DNA of 13,147 bases from a virus: IMG/VR virus record IMGVR_UViG_3300045988_144461, positions 1 through 13,147 of that record. The stretch is one strand, 5' to 3'. This document shows positions 1 through 4,880 of this stretch, piece by piece. Position 1 is the first letter of the stretch, and each line of letters starts with the position of its first letter. The position numbers and the translations under genes are program-made. The notes beneath the pieces are model-generated. The model worked only from the letters and a program-made list of their open reading frames with translations. It did no database searches and was not told where the DNA came from.

Positions 1-44
1 GTACCCCCCTCTCGATAGCAGGCAGGTCACTTTCCCACTTTAAC

Positions 45-68
45 GTGCTAAAGTGCTAAAGTGCTAAA
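45..68 (+). repeat. Tandem 8-bp repeat GTGCTAAA x3 in the left ITR
   Basis: GTGCTAAA occurs at 45, 53 and 61. A further GTGCTAAAGCGG at 96..107 repeats 61..72. An inverted CTTTAG core lies at 81..86. The inverted repeat CACTTTA (36..42) / TAAAGTG (49..55) overlaps the first unit. Confidence 0.9.
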
Positions 69-113
69 GCGGAAGCAATACTTTAGTGTAGTAAAGTGCT
101 AAAGCGGTGAAGT

Positions 114-188
114 GAGTACAAATAATTGGACTTATAGCGAGTACAAATAATTGGACTAATAAAGTGTACAAATAATTGGACTAATCAG
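114..188 (+). repeat. Three tandem 25-bp repeats with core GTACAAATAATTGGACT (left ITR)
   Basis: The 17-bp core is identical at 116..132, 141..157 and 166..182, exactly 25 bp apart. Flanks are partly conserved (GAG/GTG before the core, TAT/AAT after it). Confidence 0.92.
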
Positions 189-288
189 AAAATAAAAATA
201 ATACCTTTACGCAACAGAAAGCAAAAATATTTAGTTAAATAGAATTAACAAATACATAAAAGAAAATATAATGTTTACAATTTATTCA

Positions 289-317
289 TTGACTTATGTG
301 TTGAGGTGTGGTATACT
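289..317 (+). promoter_or_regulatory. SigA/sigma70-type promoter in the left ITR, reading inward
   Basis: -35 TTGACT (289..294), 17-nt spacer, -10 TATACT (312..317). The -10 is preceded by TGg (309..311), which is extended -10 geometry. The predicted start near 324 gives an ~84-nt leader to the ATG at 408. Confidence 0.75.
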
Positions 318-376
318 ATATATAGAGTTAAGGGAGAGGACAAGAAAAGAAAACCTTAACAAACAAAAATTTTAAA

Positions 377-392
377 GTTGCAACGTTGCAAC
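377..392. promoter_or_regulatory. 16-bp palindrome GTTGCAACGTTGCAAC (exact), left ITR leader
   Basis: Exact palindrome. 15 nt separate it from the ATG at 408, and the SD AAAGGA lies in between. Confidence 0.9.
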
Positions 393-407
393 AGAAAGGA
401 TAAAATC

Positions 408-1070
408 ATGGAGAATATTATTAAATCAGAAAGCACAAACATCATGAACACATTTAAGAGTAACGCTCTTAAAGAGAGCACAAGGCGTATCTTTACAAGA
501 ATGGTAAATGTTGAGGATAACAAGAAAGCTATTTGCGTTGACCTTGCGGAGATATACAACAAGAACACATGGAAAGATGATTTCGGTGACTTTGGTGACT
601 ATACAATGACAATGTTTAATATCACAAAGTCAACCGCTAGCCGTATGAGAAGAGTAGCGGACAAGTTTATAACTGATATAAATTCACCGCTTAACGCTGA
701 AATGTACACTTTTAATCAGCTTGCCACTCTTGTAACTCTTGACAATGAAGTTATTGAAAATGGTAACATCACCCCAGATATGACAATAAAGCAATTGAGG
801 GAGTTTGTCAACAGTACAAAGGCTCTTGAAATGAAAGGCACTGAGGAAGAGGAAGCAGAGGAAAAGGAAGAGGAAGCAGAGGAAAAGGAAGAGGAAACAA
901 CAACCGCTGAAAGTTGCAACGTCGCAACCAAGGAAGCCCCGAGAGGAGTTCAGCACTTTGCAACTCTTAAAGACCTTTCAATATGGGTAAATGCACTCAT
1001 GGAGAAAAGAGAGAGCCTTGAAAATATCGATATTTCGTTTGACGTAACAACAAAACACACTGAGTTTTAA
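408..1070 (+). CDS. Early protein, putative HTH DNA-binding protein with an acidic repeat (220 aa)
   Basis: An ATG with SD AAAGGA lies directly downstream of the ITR promoter. The segment WKDDFGDFGDYTMTMFNITKSTASRMRRVADKF looks like a ParB/DUF3102-style helix-turn-helix. The C-terminal half carries EEAEEKE repeats. The TTG at 378 in the ORF track lies inside the palindrome and is rejected as a start. Confidence 0.6.
   Translation: MENIIKSESTNIMNTFKSNALKESTRRIFTRMVNVEDNKKAICVDLAEIYNKNTWKDDFGDFGDYTMTMFNITKSTASRMRRVADKFITDINSPLNAEMYTFNQLATLVTLDNEVIENGNITPDMTIKQLREFVNSTKALEMKGTEEEEAEEKEEEAEEKEEETTTAESCNVATKEAPRGVQHFATLKDLSIWVNALMEKRESLENIDISFDVTTKHTEF
843..896 (+). repeat. Coding tandem repeat (21-nt unit GAGGAAGCAGAGGAAAAGGAA x2 plus partial units)
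   Basis: Units lie at 849..869 and 870..890, flanked by partial GAGGAA copies. They encode EEAEEKE EEAEEKE. Confidence 0.85.
913..928 (+). promoter_or_regulatory. Palindrome variant GTTGCAACGTCGCAAC inside CDS 408..1070
   Basis: 15 of 16 positions match the motif. It lies in coding sequence (..CNVAT..). Confidence 0.6.
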
Positions 1071-1082
1071 TAACTCAGTGTG
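1056..1082 (+). other. Perfect 11-bp stem / 5-nt loop hairpin spanning the stop codon of CDS 408..1070
   Basis: CACACTGAGTT (1056..1066) pairs with AACTCAGTGTG (1072..1082) around the loop TTAAT. No T-tract follows on the + strand. The upstream AAAA would supply a T-tract only for the minus strand. Confidence 0.6.
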
Positions 1083-1104
1083 ATAGAAAGGTAGGTAAAT
1101 AGAA

Positions 1105-1308
1105 ATGAAAAAACTTTTTGTTTGTGAATTGTGCGGAAAGGTTTTTGAAGACGAGCATGAAGCTAGACGTTGCGAAAGAAGCCATTTTATACCGCTGAAT
1201 GTTGCACCAAAGTTTTATGATGAGGGAAAAGTTATTCCCGAATTAGTAACTGTGAGTTTCGGAGTGCATGAAGAAATTTACAGACGTGTAAAAAGTGATA
1301 ACTCATAA
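1105..1308 (+). CDS. Small zinc-finger protein, C2H2-like spacing (67 aa)
   Basis: SD AAAGGTAGG lies 9 nt upstream of the ATG. CELCGKVFEDEHEARRCERSH has the spacing C-X2-C-X3-F-X8-C-X3-H. That is the classical C-X2-C-X12-H-X3-H layout with Cys replacing the first His. Confidence 0.6.
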   Translation: MKKLFVCELCGKVFEDEHEARRCERSHFIPLNVAPKFYDEGKVIPELVTVSFGVHEEIYRRVKSDNS

Positions 1309-1322
1309 AAGGTGGTGTACAT

Positions 1323-1484
1323 ATGAAGATTACAATAAAATCAATTGTAACAATTCTGTTAACTATTATTTTTTGTCTGCTATCACTAGCAGGAAAAATA
1401 ACAAGCGACCAGTATATGACAGTATTTACCACTGTAATTGCATTTTACTTTGGCACTCAGTTTTCAAAGAACGGCAAGGTGTAA
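1323..1484 (+). CDS. Small two-TM membrane protein, putative holin (53 aa; not in the supplied ORF track)
   Basis: I translated it by hand: MKITIKSIVTILLTIIFCLLSLAGKITSDQYMTVFTTVIAFYFGTQFSKNGKV. SD AAAGGTGGTG sits just upstream. It has two hydrophobic segments separated by a short polar turn and a basic C-terminus. It lies immediately upstream of a second holin-like gene and the endolysin. Confidence 0.55.
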   Translation: MKITIKSIVTILLTIIFCLLSLAGKITSDQYMTVFTTVIAFYFGTQFSKNGKV

Positions 1485-1485
1485 A

Positions 1486-1695
1486 ATGTGGAGTTCAATA
1501 ATAGTTGCGGTACTGTCTTTAATAGGTACTTTTATAGGAAGCTATTCGGGGTTTAAGCTAACAGAGTACAGAGTTCAACAGTTAGAAAAACGAGTGGCAG
1601 AACACAATAATTTTGCAAGGCGTTTGCCAGTTGTTGAAGAACAGATAAAGGTAATTAACCATAGATTAACAGATTTAGAGGTGAAAGAAAAATGA
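1486..1695 (+). CDS. Holin-like protein, N-terminal TM helix plus coiled coil (BhlA/UviB-like architecture, 69 aa)
   Basis: Taking the ATG at 1486 (in frame with track ORF 1438..1695) gives MWSSIIVAVLSLIGTFIGSYSGF followed by a charged heptad-like tail. Its stop overlaps the endolysin start (ATGA at 1692..1695). Confidence 0.55.
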   Translation: MWSSIIVAVLSLIGTFIGSYSGFKLTEYRVQQLEKRVAEHNNFARRLPVVEEQIKVINHRLTDLEVKEK

Positions 1696-2360
1696 CGTTT
1701 AAAGAGTATATTTCTAAAAATCTAGGCAAGTCAATCGATTTTGACGGAGTTTTCGGTTTTCAGTGTTGTGATTTAGTCAATGATTATATGCAGAAATGTT
1801 TTAATATTTTCACATACTATCCACACAATTTCAACGCTCAACAGTATTTCACACGTTTTAATGAGGTATTGGCACTTGTAAAGAATTTTACAAAAATTTC
1901 AAATACACCTGAGTTTGTACCAATGCAAGGCGACATTTGTGTTTTCAAGTCGGCTGACAATATCGGGCATATCTCAATAGCAACAGGCGAGGGAAATACA
2001 AGCTATTTTTACAGTTATGACCAAAATTATAACGGGCACAATTTTGTGTCGAAAGAGCGTCACACATATACTAACTTTTTAGGCGTGTTAAGATACAAAG
2101 GTAACGCCCTCGACACTACAGGACTAAAACGTGGAGATAATAATGCAGGCGTATACGCTTATAAAATGTTGTTAAAACTAGCGAAAACTTGTAAAATAAT
2201 TAGTACAAGTGTAGATTTTAACGGAATTTACGGAAAAGGCACTGAAAAGGCTACAAACGAGATTTTGCGAATACTAAAAAAGAAAGAGAACGGAATAGCA
2301 GGAAAACAATTAATCAATGCACTGTATGAAGCTATTCTTAATAACATAGTCAATTTTTAA
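1692..2360 (+). CDS. Endolysin: N-terminal CHAP peptidase domain plus C-terminal PG_binding_1-like domain (222 aa)
   Basis: CHAP-style catalytic Cys context FGFQCCDLVNDY and His context GDICVF..NIGHISIATG. The C-terminal GVYAYKMLLKLA..FNGIYGKGTEKATNEIL..NGIAGKQLINAL matches the peptidoglycan-binding repeat pattern. Confidence 0.85.
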   Translation: MTFKEYISKNLGKSIDFDGVFGFQCCDLVNDYMQKCFNIFTYYPHNFNAQQYFTRFNEVLALVKNFTKISNTPEFVPMQGDICVFKSADNIGHISIATGEGNTSYFYSYDQNYNGHNFVSKERHTYTNFLGVLRYKGNALDTTGLKRGDNNAGVYAYKMLLKLAKTCKIISTSVDFNGIYGKGTEKATNEILRILKKKENGIAGKQLINALYEAILNNIVNF

Positions 2361-2529
2361 AGATAATACGCTTGTGAGCATTTAACAATACAACAGCAAA
2401 TTGATAATAATTAACATTTATAAAATAAGAGTGCTAAACCGATATTGTTATCTAGCGTACATAGCTATTATATATTACGGTCACATAATATTGAACAAAT
2501 TACAAAAAACATGGAAAGAGGTTTTTAAC

Positions 2530-2868
2530 ATGACAGGATTTAATGTGAACATGAGCAAAAAGGATATTTTTAACGCAAAGAGCGGAAGCATTTCAATCAA
2601 GACAGCAGAAGCGAGCGAGTGGCACACTGTTTCGGGGTGTGCAGTGGTAGAAAATGGTGGACTTGACAGGGATAAGAAGCCTTGTGATATTGGTTATATT
2701 GCAACAGATATCGGAGTTTTTGGCTTTTCTTCAAAGGTGTGTATTGACCACATGGAAGAACTTGCGGATATTCTCAGCGACTGTCTGAGTGACGGAGAGG
2801 AAGTAAAGGTACGATTTGTAAAAGGCAAGTCAACAAACGGAGAATTTTATTCAATTCAGATACAGTAA
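2530..2868 (+). CDS. Putative single-stranded DNA-binding protein (phi29 p5-like, 112 aa)
   Basis: ATG with SD GAAAGAGG. IFNAKSG.. near the N-terminus and ..EEVKVRFVKGKSTNGEFYSIQIQ at the C-terminus parallel my recollection of phi29 p5 (..IFNAQTGG.. / ..FKVKVVQGTSSKGNVFFSLQLSL). The size is also similar. This is recalled similarity and has not been verified by a search. Confidence 0.5.
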   Translation: MTGFNVNMSKKDIFNAKSGSISIKTAEASEWHTVSGCAVVENGGLDRDKKPCDIGYIATDIGVFGFSSKVCIDHMEELADILSDCLSDGEEVKVRFVKGKSTNGEFYSIQIQ

Positions 2869-2885
2869 ATAACAAAATCGGCATG

Positions 2886-2912
2886 ACGTGGTAACAAAAA
2901 AAGTTGCCACGT
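2886..2912 (+). promoter_or_regulatory. 10-bp hairpin whose 3' arm is the first 10 nt of the palindrome variant
   Basis: ACGTGGTAAC (2886..2895) pairs with GTTGCCACGT (2903..2912) across an A7 loop. There is one T-G pair, which is a legal wobble only in + sense RNA. Confidence 0.6.
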
Positions 2913-2918
2913 TGCAAC
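2903..2918 (+). promoter_or_regulatory. Palindrome variant GTTGCCACGTTGCAAC upstream of the portal gene
   Basis: 15 of 16 positions match. 18 nt separate it from the ATG at 2937, with the SD AAAGGGGTGAG in between. It is part of the duplicated leader module. Confidence 0.85.
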
Positions 2919-2936
2919 CGATAAAGGGGTGAGAAA

Positions 2937-3899
2937 ATGAATTCAAAAATAAAGCCGTGGGAATGGAGCGAGTTTGGAGTATCAAACATAGACAAAACAC
3001 AATTGACAAATTATTATTATAAAATGTTGTTAAATCGTGTTATTAATATGTTTACATGGAAAGGCTTGCCAGATACCATTGACGAACAAGTAATGAATTT
3101 TTGGCTTTTTGTAACAGGGCGTGTTGTTTTCACGGAATTTAACGGAAAATTATACGCACTAAACGGAAATTTCGGCGGTTATCCTAATGAGTATTATTTA
3201 CCTACAGAATTTATTGTTGCTAATCCAATTTTAGGAAGTAAAACTGTGAAGCTAGACGTTGACGGAGTTGCAATGTTTAACAGTGATACCGACAAATATC
3301 CTACACAAACAATGACGGGCGGTCTATATCCTATACTAACATTAACCGCAAATATGCTGGCTGATTGTGTGGTAACAATTTCTAGTGCGTTGAAAAATGG
3401 TAGAGTTCAAACAGCGTTTTTGTGTAAAGACGATACAGTGAGAATTGCTGGGGAAAAAGTTCTAAAACAGTTATACAACGGTAATCCAGCGGTCATGATT
3501 GACGACACTATATTAAATTGTATCACGCCAATAAAAATGGCAGATAATACAAGTGTTGCTACAATTCTACAGCAGACCGTCGAAACGTATCAATTTTGGC
3601 TTGCAAATTTTTACAACTCAATCGGAGTAAATGCAAATTTCAACATGAAAAGAGAGCGACTAAACACGGCAGAAGTTAACATTAATGATAGTGCTTTGTT
3701 TGTGAATGTTGTAAATATGCTAAACAACAGACAGCAGGCACTTGAAAAAATTAACAAAATGTTCGGTACAAATATAACTGTTGAAATTTCGGAAGAATGG
3801 AAAGACTTGACAGAGGAAGAGCCTACAGAGGAAGAGCCTACAGAGGAAGAGCCTACAGAGGAAGAGGAAAAAGACAATGAAAAAATTGATAACGCTTAA
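2937..3899 (+). CDS. Portal / upper collar connector protein (phi29 gp10-like, 320 aa)
   Basis: MFTWKGLPDTIDEQ..GRVVF and NMKRERLNTAEVNINDS..ALEKINKMFGTNITVE parallel phi29 gp10 (..FEWENLPPTIN.., ..NLEKKERMVTDEVSSND..ACEKINELYGLNVKV). An acidic EEEPT x3 tail sits at the C-terminus. Confidence 0.85.
   Translation: MNSKIKPWEWSEFGVSNIDKTQLTNYYYKMLLNRVINMFTWKGLPDTIDEQVMNFWLFVTGRVVFTEFNGKLYALNGNFGGYPNEYYLPTEFIVANPILGSKTVKLDVDGVAMFNSDTDKYPTQTMTGGLYPILTLTANMLADCVVTISSALKNGRVQTAFLCKDDTVRIAGEKVLKQLYNGNPAVMIDDTILNCITPIKMADNTSVATILQQTVETYQFWLANFYNSIGVNANFNMKRERLNTAEVNINDSALFVNVVNMLNNRQQALEKINKMFGTNITVEISEEWKDLTEEEPTEEEPTEEEPTEEEEKDNEKIDNA
3813..3866 (+). repeat. Coding tandem repeat (15-nt unit GAGGAAGAGCCTACA x3 plus a partial unit)
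   Basis: Units at 3813..3827, 3828..3842 and 3843..3857, followed by a partial unit. They encode EEEPT EEEPT EEEPT EEEE at the portal C-terminus. Confidence 0.9.
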
Positions 3900-4554
3900 T
3901 GAATGGATAGAATTATTCCCCTCTATAAATACTATTTTTGACAAGGTATCAACAGACTTGAAATTATTTACAATTTTTACATCTGCCGAAATGTTCTCAT
4001 ATTTTGTAAACAAGTTTGGTGAACGTGATTTTTATAAATATTATGATAATGAAAATGACGGAAGTAATACAAAAATGGTAAAACAGGCAAGCGACTATAT
4101 AGCATTATATGGTAAATCACATAAATATGAATATGATAAGCTTGTTGACACACTGTCATTAGAATATAACCCGATTGAAAACTATTCCATGACAGAAAAG
4201 GGAACAGACACAAGAACTCCGAACATTACACAAACAAACAAAGGAGTAAATACAAATACAGTCGGAGTTGATACGTCAATTACAACAGGAAAAACAACAT
4301 TTGATAAATCGGACAGTTTTATTAATGATACAAAGACCACCAATACAGGCACAAACACCGATACGCAAGATATAAATACTACAGTTACAACAGCAGGAAA
4401 CGAAAAAACTGTACATGAATTTACAAGAAGCGGTAATATAGGCGTTACCACGTCGCAACAGATGATTGAAAGTGAAAGACAGCTTGCAATGTTTTCTGTA
4501 GTTGACCTATTTATCAAGGCTATAGCCGATATAATTCTAATCGGTGTATATTAA
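3877..4554 (+). CDS. Virion structural protein, candidate lower collar / head-tail adaptor (225 aa)
   Basis: The ATG at 3877 has SD GAGGA 8 nt upstream and overlaps the portal gene by 23 nt. It sits next to the connector gene. It has a Thr/Asn-rich middle region and a ..GNIGVTTSQQMIESE.. segment. The function is assigned by position only. Confidence 0.4.
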   Translation: MKKLITLNEWIELFPSINTIFDKVSTDLKLFTIFTSAEMFSYFVNKFGERDFYKYYDNENDGSNTKMVKQASDYIALYGKSHKYEYDKLVDTLSLEYNPIENYSMTEKGTDTRTPNITQTNKGVNTNTVGVDTSITTGKTTFDKSDSFINDTKTTNTGTNTDTQDINTTVTTAGNEKTVHEFTRSGNIGVTTSQQMIESERQLAMFSVVDLFIKAIADIILIGVY

Positions 4555-4556
4555 AA

Positions 4557-4572
4557 GTTGCAACGTTGCAAC
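4557..4572. promoter_or_regulatory. 16-bp palindrome (exact) upstream of CDS 4590..4880
   Basis: Exact copy. It starts 2 nt after the stop codon at 4552..4554 and lies 17 nt before the ATG at 4590. Confidence 0.9.
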
Positions 4573-4589
4573 TAGAAAGAGAGGAATAT

Positions 4590-4880
4590 ATGCAAAAAGT
4601 GAGAAGTCCTACATATGCAGAAAATTATATCAACCTTGCGAGGACAGTTGTATTAAATGTAATTACTGACACTCTGCAACACAAGGAAGATTTAAAAGAC
4701 TATATTTTATATAGTGATGATTTTATGTTTTGGTTATCCCTTGCCAATTGGCTAGATTATGAAAATGTTATTAAAGATAAATTTTCACATTTCAAAGGGA
4801 TTGACAGAACGATAAGAAAAAAATTAAACACATACTATCGCATAAAAGGCGAGGAAATGAAAGCGAGGAAAAATTTATGA
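4590..4880 (+). CDS. Hypothetical protein (96 aa); scaffolding protein is possible by position only
   Basis: ATG with SD AGAGAGGA. Its stop overlaps the capsid gene start (ATGA at 4877..4880). phi29 gp7 scaffold (98 aa) occupies the same position before gp8, but I see no sequence resemblance. Confidence 0.35.
   Translation: MQKVRSPTYAENYINLARTVVLNVITDTLQHKEDLKDYILYSDDFMFWLSLANWLDYENVIKDKFSHFKGIDRTIRKKLNTYYRIKGEEMKARKNL

Larger units (their letters stand above)
1..410. repeat. Left inverted terminal repeat (410 bp)
   Basis: I reverse-complemented 12738..13147 block by block. It matches 1..410 with no mismatch. Identity stops after the G of the ATG at 408..410 (position 411 is g; the mirrored base is a). 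Confidence 0.97.

Noticed and set aside
377-392. The palindrome as a CcpA cre site or a LacI/PurR-family operator
   Set aside because: It shares the central CG and TGCAA/TTGCA arms. However, the half-sites are 1 bp closer than in the cre consensus (TGNAANCGNTNNCA) or PurR-type boxes (..GCAAACGTTTGC..), so it does not fit those consensi.
378-407. N-terminal extensions MQRCNRKDKI / MQLEREEY in the ORF track (starts at 378, 4566 and 12770)
   Set aside because: These starts are TTG codons inside the 16-bp palindrome. In each case an ATG with a well-spaced SD follows (408, 4590, 12740). The recurring MQRCN peptide is simply the palindrome being translated.
684-956. Minus-strand ORFs 684..956 and 716..931
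   Set aside because: They lie antisense to the GAA/GAG-rich acidic repeat of CDS 408..1070. They are low-complexity Phe/Leu/Ser frames without an SD.
1232-1501. ORFs 1295..1501 (+) and 1232..1432 (-)
   Set aside because: Neither has an SD. They overlap the better-supported 53-aa (1323..1484) and 69-aa (1486..1695) membrane-protein genes in other frames, and their composition is implausible.
2401-2529. 43-aa N-terminal extension of the SSB ORF from a TTG at 2401
   Set aside because: The extension is AT-rich, intergenic-looking sequence. A strong SD (GAAAGAGG) precedes the ATG at 2530.
3611-4013. Minus-strand ORFs 3611..3877 and 3720..4013
   Set aside because: They lie antisense to the EEEPT repeat at the portal C-terminus. 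The repetitive SSVG / CRLFL peptides are a mirror artefact.
4182-4517. Minus-strand 111-aa hydrophobic-looking ORF (and 4276..4458, 3977..4213)
   Set aside because: It lies antisense to the Thr/Asn-rich part of CDS 3877..4554. The Val/Phe richness is the complement of ACN/AAY codons, and there is no SD.
4530-4535. A perfect TATAAT hexamer 22 nt upstream of the 4557 palindrome as a promoter
   Set aside because: No acceptable -35 lies at 17±1 bp (TTGACC at 4502 is 22 bp away) and there is no TG extension. Such hexamers are common in an AT-rich genome.
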